The translations under genes were made by a program, and so were the position numbers. From NCBI RefSeq assembly GCF_009914755.1, contig NC_060947.1: 64,000 nucleotides of DNA. One strand, written 5' to 3'. This document shows, in pieces, positions 1 to 14,250 of the stretch (within the stretch, counting starts at the first letter, position 1; each line of letters starts with the position of its first letter). The notes under the pieces are model-generated. The model searched no databases and was not told where the DNA came from. It saw only the letters and a program-made list of their open reading frames with translations. This DNA comes from the human T2T-CHM13v2.0 reference genome, Homo sapiens.

Positions 1-730
1 ATCTTATTGTGGTTTAAATTTGTACTTCTCTGATGATTGCTGATGCTGAGCATTTTTTCACGTTTGTTGTCTGCTTTAATGACGCACATTTAAAATGTGC
101 CCATTTTTATACCAGTAAAATGCTGTTTTGGTTACTATAGGCTTGTAGTATAATTTGAACACAGGTAATGAGATGCTTCCAGCTTTGTTCCTTTTGCTTA
201 GGATTATTTTGGCTATTCGGGCTCTTTTTTTGGTTCCATATGAATTTTAGGATTATTTTCTAATTCTGTGAATAACAATATTGGTAATTTGATAGGGATT
301 GCATTGAATTGGTTGATTGCTTTTGGCAGTATAATCATTTTAACAATATTGATTCTTCTAATCCATGAGCATGAGATGTTTTTCATTTGTTTGTGTCATC
401 TATGATTTCTTTTATCAGTGTTTTGTAGTTCTCCTATAGAGATCCTTCACCTCTTTGGTTAAATATATTTCTGTGTATTTTATTATTATTTTTGGAGCCA
501 TTGTAAATGAGAGTGCCTTCTTGATTTGGTCCTCAGCTAGATCATTATTAGTGTAAAGAAACTCTACTGATTTCTCTACGTTAATTTTGTATCTTAAAAT
601 TACTGAATTCATTCATGAAATCTAAGAGTTTTTTGGTGGAGTCTTTAGGGTTTTCTAGATAAAAGATCAGATCATCAATAAATAGGGATAATTTAACTAA
701 TTTTTTGCCAACTTTGATGGTTTTTATTTT
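1..730 (-). mobile_element. LINE-1 ORF2 fragment (old L1)
   Basis: Antisense L1 ORF2 motifs; minus ORF 581..904 ends in a degenerate RT segment (KLSLFIDDLIFYLENPKDSTKKLL, cf. L1 KLSLFADDMIVYLENP). Confidence 0.9.
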
Positions 731-737
731 TTCTCTT

Positions 738-1443
738 GTACATCTTTTTAAAGCGTCCTGCTTCTGGCCCATCAAAATCATGTGTGATTTTTTCATAGCC
801 AACTTCCAAGGATTTACCTGGCAGGTCTTATGAGAGAAAGCTGCCCTGTCCTGACTAATCTTGGTGTACAGCCAGTGCATGGCAGTCACTGAAGGGAGTT
901 GCAATCAATGACTCAGACCTCTCTGGCCAGCCATGCTTTTATGTATTAATATATTTGCATTCCTAACCCAGGTGCCTTTACTCAGAGTTTTCTTTATTTG
1001 AGACCTTTGTCCAGAGCCTTTCTCAGGAACTCTTTTAAATTCAGCTTCAAGAAAGCTTGAAGACACCTTTCTCCACTCTAACTCAGTACTCAGAACTTAT
1101 CTACTCCTACCCCTTCCCACTCCTGTCCTCCAACCTCTTGAGTCTGTAAAATCCCAAGAACCATTTTTTTCTTTGAGGTTCCTTCAGCAGCAGTGAGACA
1201 AGTCCAACATCTGTACTGATCCATCCAACCCTCAACGAGCGTATTGTTTCATGAGGGAAAATGGAGCTGAGGGAAGTTAGGGTTTTTTTCTTTTTTCTTG
1301 TTTTTTTTTTTTTGGTTTAGCTTCTTGCTTATATCATCAGGAAATGATAACGCCTTGAGTAACACTTTCATTTTTGGCTTGTTTCTTTGATTACTCCTAC
1401 ACCTGACAGTTCAGCTGTCTACAGCTCAGTTGAGCTCCTGACA
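738..1443 (+). mobile_element. Probable ancient solo LTR, family unassigned
   Basis: Interrupts L1-like sequence; ends ...ctcagttgagctcctgaca (CA terminus); left boundary uncertain. Confidence 0.35.
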
Positions 1444-1615
1444 TTTAAGATATTTTTTTACTCGGTGTAAAATTCTACGTTGGAAGTTATTATCTTTCAG
1501 CAATTTAAAATTTAATTCCATAGTTTTTGAGCCTCTACTATGACATTTTCCCCCATGGATTAGTTTGCTTTCATTTTTTTCCAGCACTTCCTTACATTTT
1601 GGCAGTACAGGGTGC

Positions 1616-1865
1616 TGTTAAATCAACTTTAGCTTAAAGCTGCCTCCTTACATATTTTAAATTCAGCCTAAAGGTTTCTCTGTGTATAGTGAACTATAAC
1701 CTAAATGGAGGTGTAAGCCAACTATAACCTACTCTTCTGCCAATCACCGAGTTTTGGCCAATCAAATGGGACCAACTGTTCAAACTGCGTTCAAATACTG
1801 TGTTCAAAAACTGTGCTCAATTAAACTCCTTTAAATTTAATTTGGCTAAGGATTTTCTTCTAATA
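1616..1865 (+). mobile_element. MER57-family solo LTR (ERV1), internally deleted
   Basis: Starts tgttaaatcaactttagcttaaagctgcctccttacat; 4-bp TSD GTGC at 1612-1615 and 1866-1869. Confidence 0.8.
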
Positions 1866-2137
1866 GTGCTATAGGCTCATCTTGTATATTTCCTTTCCCA
1901 GTCCTAGAACCAGCACTTTCTTCAAGGAGTCCTGGTTTCTTTTGTTGGAGAAAGGTATTAGGTGCTAAGTGTGCTCTTTTGCTCTATCATGTCTTTTTTT
2001 TTCCTCCTCCTGCTTTACTGCATCCTTTGACATTAAATGTTTTCTAATATAATATTTTATTTTATTATTTTTACTACATATTTTTGAGTTGTGAATCTTA
2101 ACTTGTCATAATCTACTTCTGATAAGTTAACTGATAC

Positions 2138-2894
2138 TGTTATAGTAGTCAGGCAGACATGAGCAGGGTAGGAGAGTCCCCCTCACCCCCTCACCAGGAA
2201 TGTCAGATGACCATCAGGTGATGGTCAGGCAGTTGTTAACTGTCTCTCTAAAATAATTGGTTGCAGCCAGCACCAGGGAAAGGCAGTCTCCCAATAGATA
2301 GAAAAAGCCTGAAACTGATGATGAGCAGCTTCCTGATAACATCTCAGGAGTTGGGTGAACTGGGCTCACTCATGTGCACTAAGAGACAAAATTGTGGTGT
2401 TTAACTGGTGTATGACCTTCTAGGAACATTCAACTGGTAGGGGAAGAACACCTCAAGTGAGCATATGTACAACTCCAGTAAACACACTGTGCATGCGGCC
2501 CCTCCCAAGTGCTGACGGGCCACTGCACTTGTGGACAGTTCACTCCAGTGGAAGAATCAGGGGAGAAGAGATGCAGATCCTGGAAGAACTCCAACATATA
2601 AAACCCCAAGTCAAAGATCAAACTGTGCACTTGACTCTCTCAAGTTGCCCACTTGGCCCTTTTTGAAGTATACTTTACCTCCTTTGATTCCTACCCTAAA
2701 ACTTTTTAGTAAATTTTCACGCCTGCTCTAAAATTTGCTTTGGTCTCTCACTCTGCCTTATGCTCCTCAGTCAAATTCTTTCTTCTGAGGAAGTAAGAAT
2801 TGAGGTTGCTGCAGACCCGTACATACATACAGATTTGCTGCTGCTAGCATACTTTGGTGCCACGTGACTCAGATACATTCCCTTAGTGCTAACA
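2138..2894 (+). mobile_element. MER50-like solo LTR (ERV1)
   Basis: tgttatagtagtcaggcagacatgagcaggg...gtgctaaca; TG..CA termini; near-TSD atac/aaac. Confidence 0.75.
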
Positions 2895-3159
2895 AAACTA
2901 ACTTAATTCCAGTGAAATACAGAAATGTTACTCCTATATAACCCCTTTCCCTCTTTTCGTGGTATTGTCATACATATTATGTGATATCTATTATGAATGC
3001 AACAATGCTTTATTATACTTATGGTGACATAACATTTTTATGTTTTCTACTAAATCTGAGAGAAGAAAGACAAAACAAGGTGTATTTATAGTTTTCGTTA
3101 TATTGAGTTGTAATTTACCATTTTTTGGTTGTCTTCATTTATTCCCATGGATTCTTTAA

Positions 3160-4800
3160 ATATTTTTTCTGCTCTTTTCTGTCTTGAACTATTGGCTGGT
3201 TTGAAGTATTGGCCGGTTTGCTTAATGGTGTCCCACATTTCTCTGAAGCTCTATTCTTTATTTTTCATTATATTTTTTCTCTCTGTTCTTTGGATTAAAT
3301 AATCTCTATCAATCTGTCTTCAAGTTCATTAATTCTTTCTTCTGCCAGTTCAAATCTACTCGAGTCCCTCTAGTGAAATTTTTATTTTAGTTATTGTACT
3401 TTTCAACTCAAGAATTTTCATTTGGTTCTTTTTAATAACTTCTCTTTACTGATATTTTCTGTTTGATGAGACATTTTCATCATACTTTCCCTCCTTAATA
3501 ATGGTTTCTTCTAGTTCTTTGAACACATTAAGAATTACTACTTTGAAGTGCCAATTAAATCTGATATTTGGTTGCTCTCATAGGCAGTTTCTATTGCCTG
3601 CTTTTTTTTCTCTGTGTAGATCAGGCTTTACTGTTTCTTTGCATGTCTCATAATTTTTGGTTGGAAATTTAACACTTCAGATAATATATTGTAACAACTC
3701 TGAGTACCGCTCCACCCACTCTAGGGCTTTTTATTGTTTACTTCTTTATTTATTTATGGACTGGCTATATTAGTGAAATCTATCCCTCTCCCCTTCTGTC
3801 CTCCCTCTATCCAATCCCTCAAGCAGTGTGAAACCTCTGTTGTTGTTCCTAAGAGGATATACCCTTGGGTATGTCCATAGTCACTCTTTCTGTGATGACA
3901 GTAATTTTTGTAGGTCTCTCTTTGATCATCTCTTTCCCTGATCACACCCAGCTGTTAAACTCCACTACTTGCTGGCTGATTGCTCTATTGCTTACAACAA
4001 TGCACTGTGGAATAAATTACTTTACAAACTTATACAATTACATTTATAGTTCTTTGTAGGGATAGTTTTTGTGATGTTTGGGATTGGTCTTTTATATTCT
4101 TCTTAAAAAGGAATATCAAAGGACATACTGTGAATTAAGAAATGTATTCGAGAAAATTTACTAAAATTTGGCAACGACAGCAAGAGACTGTGGTATCTGA
4201 ACTGCAACCAGACAGCATGATAGAAATTCCACTCCAGGCTGCTGCAGTCAAGTACATAGGGTTTGCTGTGTCCCCAGCAACCCGTCGGAGGGCTATAGTA
4301 TCTTCCCAGGAGAGGTAGGACATCAGCATTTCTCATTCTATCCCCAGCTACCTGTTGCAGAATGTATGTTTTGGGTGAGTGTTGGCAAAAGGTAGGGCTC
4401 CCTTCTTCTACTGAGTCCCCTGTCAGAGGATAAAGACTCTACCTCGGGTATACCAGATCACCTCTACCCAGCTCATAAGGCCTAGGTTTCATACCAAGAG
4501 AAGCAATCCAAAAAGACCTGAGACTACTAACTGTCCCCTACCCCCAGGGCACTTAGCTCTTAAAGGAGGCGTGTCACATGGAAAAAAGAACACCTCTTTT
4601 CCTGTTTCCAGGTCTAGAGACAGCTCAGAGATTTTGCCCTTGGGGAAAGTCAAGTCTTAATACAGAGCTAGTTCCAAATCTCTTTTCAAAAGAACTGACT
4701 GTTTGCAATAGAGTGTCAGGAACTTCAGGCCTGAAGACATTGTCAGAAACAATGGCGGTTATGGAGAAAAGCAAATAAGAGGTGACTGGTAGATTCACTA
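3160..4800. mobile_element. Old L1M 5'-region fragments (3160-4090 minus, 4100-4800 plus)
   Basis: Resembles ancient L1MC/MD 5'UTR-ORF1 sequence, with an apparent change of orientation near 4095. Confidence 0.5.
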
Positions 4801-5389
4801 GGGGACTCTGTGGGTATCTTAGATTTAATTTTCATCAATTTTGATTTAAAATTTAAAATTAAATTTTAAATTAAATTTTGATTCAAGATTTAAAATTTTC
4901 ATCAATTTTGGAAAATTTTTGGCTTTCATTTCTTCAGATAATTTTGCTTCCCCTTCTTTTCTTTGGAGACTACAATTATTTGTATATTTTATCAGCACTC
5001 ACTGATGCTGTTTTCATTTTTTAAGCTTTTTCTCTTCTATGTTTTATTTTGGATACTTTCTATTCTATGTCTTTAAGTTCACTAACATTTTCTTTTCTAG
5101 CTTTGAGTCTGCTGCGAATCCTACCCAGTGTATTTTCGTCTCAAATATTGTAGTTTTCTTCTTTAAAAGTTTTTTTTGGGTATTCTAATATCTTCCATGA
5201 CTCTACTTGTCTTTTTGAATATATAAAAAATTATTATAATAACTGTTTTAGTGTCCTCAAAGTTATAACTGTTTTAGTGTCCTAGTTCTATTATTTGTTT
5301 TATTTGTGGGTCTATCCGGTTTTTTTCCTCGTTCTGAGTCCTATTTTCCTGCTTCGTTACATGCTTGATAATTTTTGGCTGAATGCTAT

Positions 5390-6172
5390 TGTTACCAGGG
5401 GTCCTTGCTCACAGAGCTCCCAAGATGGTGGCGAGCCACTTCCAAGATGTTGGCAGGCCGCTTCCAAGATGGTGGCAAGCCTCGTGTTCTCTGACCTGGG
5501 GTTCTTGGCCTCACAGATTCCAAGGAATGGAATCTTGGGCCATGCGGTGAGTGTTATAGCTCTATTAGAAGCCGTGGGTCAAGGAAGAGAACCGTGGAAC
5601 CCAGTGACTAGTGTTCAGCTGGATTAGGACGAACCCGGGCACTTAGCCGTGCAGGAACAATGGCAAGCCTTTAGTCCAATCAGGAGCGGCAATGGGCACC
5701 TCGCTGGATCAGGAGCACAGCGGACACACCCTGCTGGATCCGGAGGGATGGGAGTCAGCAGCAGGTGTGCGACGGCGGCAAACAGCAGTGGTGGATGGCG
5801 AGCCAAAGCTCAGCTCGAGCCGTAACAAACATGGACCAGAAGAGTGCAGTTGCAAGATTTAATAGAGTGAAATAGAGTGAAAACAGAGCTCCCATACAAG
5901 GGAAGGGGACCCAAAGGGGGTTGCCATTGCTGGCTCGAATGCCTGGGTTTATATCCCGATCCTTGTCCCTCCCGCTGTGCTCTCAGGCAATAGATGATTG
6001 GCTATTTCTTTACCTCCTGTTTTTTGCCTAATTAGCATTTTAGTGAGCTCTCTGACTGGTTAGGTGTGAGCTAAGTTTCAAGCCCCGTGTTTAAAGATGG
6101 ATGCGGTCACCTTCCCAGCTAGGCTTAGGGATTCTTAGTCGGCCTAGGAAATCCAGTTAGTCCTGTCTCTCA
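5390..6172 (-). mobile_element. LTR17 (HERV-W) full-length solo LTR
   Basis: Reverse complement begins TGAGAGACAGGACTAACTGGATTTCCTAGGCCGACTAAGAATCCCTAAGCCTAGC; retains CCAAT, GATATAAA TATA and ATTAAA polyA signal; 783 bp; perfect TSD CTAT at 5386-5389 and 6173-6176. Confidence 0.95.
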
Positions 6173-6793
6173 CTATCAATGAAAAGACTCAAAGTCTGTA
6201 AAATAGTCGAAGAAATTTATTCTGAGCCAAATATGAGTGACCATGGCTCATGACACAGCCCTCAGGAGACCCTGAGAACATGTGCCCAAGGTGATTGGGT
6301 CACAACTAGGTTTTATACATTTGAGATACCTGTAAGATGTACATTGGTTTGATCTGGAAAGGCAGAACAATTTACTGAAAATGGAACGGGGTTGGGGGGC
6401 GGGGGGCTTCCAGGTTATAGGCATTCAAAAATTTTTCTGGTTGGCAATTGGTTGAAAGAGTTTATCTAAAGACCTGGAATCAATAGAAAGAAAATGTCTG
6501 GGTTAAGATAAAAGATTATGGAGACCAAGGTTCTTATTATTCAGATGAAGCTCTAGGTAGCAGGCTTCAGAGAGAATAGATTGCAAATGTTTATCAGGCC
6601 TAAAAAGGTGTCACACTCTTAGTTCTTTCCTGGATCAGGAAAAAGGCCTGGAAAAGGGAAAGGGGATTCTCTACAGAATGTAGATTTTTTTTCCCCCTAC
6701 AAGAAACAACTTTGTAGGGCTACTTCAAGATATGGTAAAAAAATGTTTTGGGGGTTAAAATATTTTTATTTCCTTTCTTATCTGTCATGCTGT

Positions 6794-6938
6794 TGAAATG
6801 GCTATGCTGTCTGGGGTATATACCCTGGGGTTCATTGTCACACGCTGAGAAAAAATTTGGGACATGGACACATGTGGGTGTGTTAAGGAGTGGAAAGTTT
6901 AATAGACAGAAGAAAAAAGAGGAGAGCAGCTCCTTGCA

Positions 6939-6989
<51 letters not shown>

Positions 6990-7420
6990 AGAAAGGTCTG
7001 AAAAAAAGGAGGGAGGCGGCGGACCACAGCAGATTTTATAGGCAGGCTAGAGAAGGTGGTATCTGATTTACATAGGGCTCACAGATTGTTTCAATCAGGT
7101 ATAACAGCTACATAGTACGTGGGAAAGCTGGTCACCCCACCCTAATCTTATTATGCAAACGGGCTTTCCAGTTGATTGGCGCCATTTTGTCTGCTTTTTA
7201 CTGTATGCGTAGCTGACAAAGAGAAGGGAAGATGAAGCCACCATCTTGAACATGATTGGCACAACTGCCAGTATCTAGGTCAGCAGCTCAATTTTACAGG
7301 CTGCTCTTCGTTAGAAAGGAAAATAATTTGGGGCTGCTTTTCATTAAAAAGAAAAGCCTTACTGAGGACTCCAATACCCTTACTATCTGTCTAAGTAATT
7401 TCTTCTTGACTCCAGTATCA
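6794..7420 (-). mobile_element. MER61/LTR9-like solo LTR containing a (GA)n tract
   Basis: Reverse complement begins TGATACTGGAGTCAAGAAGAAATTACTTAGACAGATAG; splits the MER4E-like LTR; (GA)n at ~6945-6985. Confidence 0.7.
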
Positions 7421-7723
7421 TTATGTTATTCCAGAGTCAGATTGGAAAGTAAGCCACATAATATAGGGTTAAATAAAAACCCTCTGATGAGATTTTATGA
7501 TTTATAGGGCATGACTCCTCAGGCCCCTTAGATAGGAACTTGGGCAAGAGAAGAAAAAAAGTCAGAATTTAGTCGTCAATGCTACACATTGTGGATTATG
7601 TCTTGCTGATTATTTTTGTATTCCTATGAATATCCATGACAGTTTTTTTCCATGATGCAGTTAGTTTACTTGGAAATAATTTGATTTTATTGGGGTTTCC
7701 TTTTAAGTTTTATTAGGTATGAT

Positions 7724-8390
7724 TGAAGCCACCATTGTAAAATTATAACTGAGACAGTGAAAGAGATCTGATCTAACCAACTCCATCTTGCTTCTGACCT
7801 CCAAGCTGTACTTGTTCATTCTTGGGCATAGGCTGAACTAACTTTATAAGGAACTTAGTTTATAGTTTGAAAAAAAAGATGATAACAGCCTTTTCCCAAA
7901 ACAAACCCTTTTCTTGCCTGGGGACCATACTGCCTTTGTAGGATTAACAAATTATTCAAAAGATTAGAAATTATGGTTTAGGAGTCATGCAGCTGGAGGC
8001 TGCAAGATTCTGACCCTCTCCAAATTGCTTCCTGGGGATATCTCTGATTATAACAGAACAGTGCTTGAGACATTTTGCAGATGCTGCCCTTGATGGTACA
8101 GCTGGTACCACCCAGACTGATAAACTGGCTCAACTGATCTTGTGGCCCCTACCCAAGAACTGACTCAGTGCAAGAAGACAGCTTCCACTCCCTATGACTT
8201 CATCTCTGACCCAACCAATTAGCACTCCCGACTCACTGGCCTCCCCTTGCACCCACCAAACTATCCTTAAAAACTCTGATCCTGCATAGCTGGCCCTATG
8301 TGAGTTACTCTTTCTCTATTGCAATTCCTCTGTCTTGATAAATTGGTTCTGTCTAGGCAGTGGGCAAGGTGAATTAGTTGGGCAGTTACA
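7724..8390 (+). mobile_element. LTR8 solo LTR (ERV1)
   Basis: tgaagccaccattgtaaaattataactgagacagtgaaagagatc...gggcagttaca; near-TSD tgat/tggt. Confidence 0.85.
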
Positions 8391-9019
8391 TGGTCAGTGC
8401 AGCCTCCAGGCCTAATTTTGTACCTACTAAGGCAATAACTTCTAAGTCTTCTACTCAAATCTCCATAAATTACAAGGCTTTTTTCTCATCGTAGCTAGTG
8501 GATACACAAACTATTGCCAGTTCCACGTTAGCTCCAGAGATTGTTGCCTCTAATTCTTTCAGGTGTTTCCCCACCCCCATCCCCATTCACTGGCCTTGGA
8601 TATTTTCCTCCTACACATGCTCTGATTAGTACTTGTCTAAAGAATTGAGGGAAACCCTTTGCAGATATTTACAGCTCTTTTCCACCTAAGTTCTCCTCTC
8701 CCTGTGTTATAGCCTGAAAACTCTCTCCAAGAAGAAATTAGCACAGCCATAGGGCTCACATTTTTGTTTCTCATTTCTCTCAGAGCATTGTCCTATGCTA
8801 CCAGATATCCAATATCTGAAAAACATTTTTATATATTTTGTCCGATTTTTAAGATTTTATGTGGCCTGAGAGTAAATCTGGTTTCTGAAATTCAATTTTC
8901 GACAGAAGCAGAACTCGAATGTTCTGACTTTTAATTTCAGTTTTCATAATTTTTAGGTCTAGAATTACTACTTGATTAATTTGTATAGTGATCAGTTCTC
9001 TGATAATACTTCACATTTT

Positions 9020-9335
<316 letters not shown>

Positions 9336-9515
9336 TTAATTTTTTTAACTTCAAAATCTGAGTCTCTTTGTTGATCTGTTCCGATTGTCTATGTTTTTTC
9401 TTTTTTTCTTAGATTCATTCAATTATTTCCTAATGACTTTTTAGATATTTATATGATGAAGATTTTTTAAAAACATACATAAAAGTATAAAGCATACAGA
9501 ATAATACAATTAATC

Positions 9516-9899
<384 letters not shown>

Positions 9900-10231
9900 T
9901 AGAACCAATCACAGATATTATAGTACTTCTTCAATAAATATTTCAGAATATATCTCTAGAATATAAGAACACTTTTACAAAATGGCAACCACAGTATTAT
10001 TATTAAACATAAATATTAACTATAATTTTATATCATAAAAGTTAATGTTCAAAATTTTCATTTTTCCAAAAATATTATATTTTTTACATTTAAAAAATAA
10101 AGGTTAATATAATGTCCACATATTGCAACTGACAGGTATTTTTAATGATTTTTAAACTGTAGATTCACACTTGGTTTTTCCATTTAATTTATTTATTGCA
10201 AGAAAAAAAATTGGTTGTTTGTCATGGATAG

Positions 10232-10543
<312 letters not shown>

Positions 10544-10629
10544 CATAGACTGGCTTTTACAGAATACTTCTGTATAATGTAGATGAGCATATTCCACAAA
10601 ATATACTGTCCTCTATATTTTGTCGGAAT

Positions 10630-10813
10630 CAGAGGTTGGCAAACTACAATCCTTAGACCAAATATGGCCAGTCACATGCTTTCGTATAACCTATGAGTTC
10701 ATTTTTTTTTAATAGTGAAAATTTTTTTAAAGTAATAGTAATCACATCTAGCCCATAAAATTTAGAATATTTACTCTGTTTCTTCCTCTACAAAAGATGT
10801 ATGCAGACTCCTA
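10630..10813 (+). mobile_element. MER58-like hAT DNA transposon fossil
   Basis: cagaggttggcaaactac terminus with a degenerate matching right end. Confidence 0.55.
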
Positions 10814-13521
10814 CTCTTAATTAATAGCTGGATCCAGAGACACGAACTGATTCATTCATGTTCATGATTTTTTTTCTTTTGGTTTTTGCTAAGTTACTTC
10901 ATAAGCTGTCATGGCTTCTTCCATCACACAATGTCTGGTTGGTTTTAACTGGCTAGTTTTCATTGACTGTCAGACATTGTGAATGAATAAAAATTAGATA
11001 CTTAAAATCGGAACAATATTACTATTATCCACCTTTTTACAAGTGATTTACACTATGGGCAGATTACCTTACCCCAATCAAGGAATGTACTGATTCAAAG
11101 CTATGCTTCAGTTCTTATAAGAGCTAATCTATTTTTATTACCTCAGTACTCCTAAGGTGTATACTTTTCCAATCCTAAATAAAAGCTTGAAGTGATTATC
11201 AGGACCCATCATCCTTTTGGAGCTTTGAACTTCAATACATTTTCTCAGGCATGTGAGACTACCAGAGGTTCCGTTCTTTAGGTCTTTCAGCTGTTATTTC
11301 TGAACTACAACTCCCTTAGGAAAGTTACGCCAAATGGTAGGCCTCTGATTCCCTTCTCTCTGGAATGTTAGTCCCACCAGTACTTCTTGTATTTTTAGCT
11401 TTCCAATGCCTTCAGATAGGTTTGTCTAGCTTTTTCTAGTATTCTCAGCAGGGGTATCAGTGCAAAACAAACTAGTGCATCATTTCCTTAACTGGAAGTT
11501 GCATATTTTATTTGAGATGCCCGTGCAACCCCCAAAAAGGAAATGTCTTGAGGGCAATTAAATATAAGAATCTGAAACAATTTCACTGCCTGCCTTTTAA
11601 ATATTGGTCTTTACCCAAATCTTTTCTCATCTTCCTGTCCTTGGGTGGTCTCATAACTCCCTATGGTTTCATTTACCATTTATATGTTGATTGCTCTTCA
11701 TTCTAATATTTTTGGTCCTGGGCTTTCTCCTGAGATCTAGACTTGAATTTTCAACTGTTTATTACATATCCACTTTGCAATCAAAACCAGCATGTTGAAA
11801 CAAGATCTCTTGATCTTTCCCCAACCCCACCGACCAACTTCTTTATTCTGAGTTGAACTTCTTGTTCCTTAACACTGTCATCTAATTCTTCAGGCCTTCC
11901 CTATATTTCAGTGTTAACATATGATATTTAATAATAATGTGATTTGGGTATGATTTATGTAGAAGCTTTCAAAAATCAAATCCATAGACTCATAAAAAAC
12001 TATTTTTTAATCCTTAAAAATATAATAATACCTATGCTAAATTGGCATTACACATTTATTGGTATGGAGAAACTTAAATTTACTTATGCTCTTCTAAAGT
12101 TCTTCATTCTGGATATTTTTATTATTTTAATTACTTTTAAAACTACAATTTTCTCTTTAATTTCATCGATTTATATGCCTATATTAACGTTGCTAGATTT
12201 TCTGACCCTTTTGAAAACTTTTGCAACCTTTACATGAACAACACATGCAACCAGAAATTTATGCGATTCCAAGAGAGGACTAGAAAATTGGTGCTTCCAG
12301 CTTACGTTTTTAAAACCTCATTTTAGTTTTCACTAGTGATTGTAATGATAAGTTTTTAAATTATACTAAAATTATAACCATAATATTCATACTATTCCCT
12401 AACTGTTCCCTATAGCCCTGTCGTCTGAATGGAACAGCTGTCTGTATTTCATAGATTGATTTAAAATGTTTAGGTCTTGTTCAAATGGTCCTCCAGTTAT
12501 TCCTATGTTTATAACTCATCTAATCACGAAACATTCAAAGACACACTATATGTCTGGTATGAACCACAACTTCATCTTTTGTAAGGTAAAATTATATATG
12601 GGCATTGTATTTATTGCTTGTAGGCATTGCCTAATTTTTTTTTATAAATAAAACAGCAGTATGAGTCACTATTAGCTTCTTAAAGGTAGAGACCTTGTCT
12701 GTCTTGTTTAATTAAGCATCCTTAGTGCTTAGCAAATAACTATGCTAAAACCTATTTGCTGCATCCCAAATGTAGAGAAGTTTTATGTTAATATGACTGC
12801 CTGAATCTGAAAGCCCCAAGAATTACAGGTTTATATCAGGAGTAAAGAGATAGAAATTTGGAGTATTGGACACTTAGGAAACTAGAGGTGGTTGCCCCAG
12901 TGAAGAGATTTGATCAGCCAAAAGAAAAAAGGACAACAATGAGTGCTTGGAGAAAAAGGAGAGAGAGTTCAGAAAATAAAGCATAGGAAAGAAGGTTAGA
13001 AGGTCTTTGACTTAATCAAAACCTCATCCCTACCCTGATGAACTACCATTCTAAGGCTGAAAATCAGCAAAGACTTTTTCCTACTTACTAATCATCTTTC
13101 CAATTCAATGCTTTTTTGTCATGCCTACTATTGCAAATCTAGTAAAGTTTTCATCATCTTTTGCCAGGTTATTTACAATAATTCTCATTGAATGTAAGTT
13201 TCACAAAAGCAAGAATAAGTATCATCCATGGATAAATCCTCAGAACTTGGAACAATGCCAAACACATAGCATGCCTTCAATTACTATCCTATTCATTCAT
13301 TCAAAAAATATTTTTGAGTACCTACTATGTGCCAGGCACTGAGGTAATAAAATGGAAAAACAATGAAAGCAATTTAGGCACTATTCCTACTCTAATGCAA
13401 ATGAAACTTTCATTCTAGTGGTATTATAAATAGTAATAGTAATAAACATGAATATGTAGCATATTTTCAAGTAGCAGATACGTTCTAACAAGAAAGGAAA
13501 GCAAGAGATGGAAAAAGAAGA

Positions 13522-14250
<729 letters not shown>

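Larger units (their letters stand above)
5387..7578 (-). mobile_element. MER4E-like solo LTR (host of two nested LTRs)
   Basis: 6174-6790 and 7421-7578 match the MER4-family LTR reverse complement (tatcaatgaaaagactcaaagtctgtaaaata...; ...gtcagaatttagtcgtca); 4-bp TSD ATGC at 5383-5386 and 7579-7582. Confidence 0.8.
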
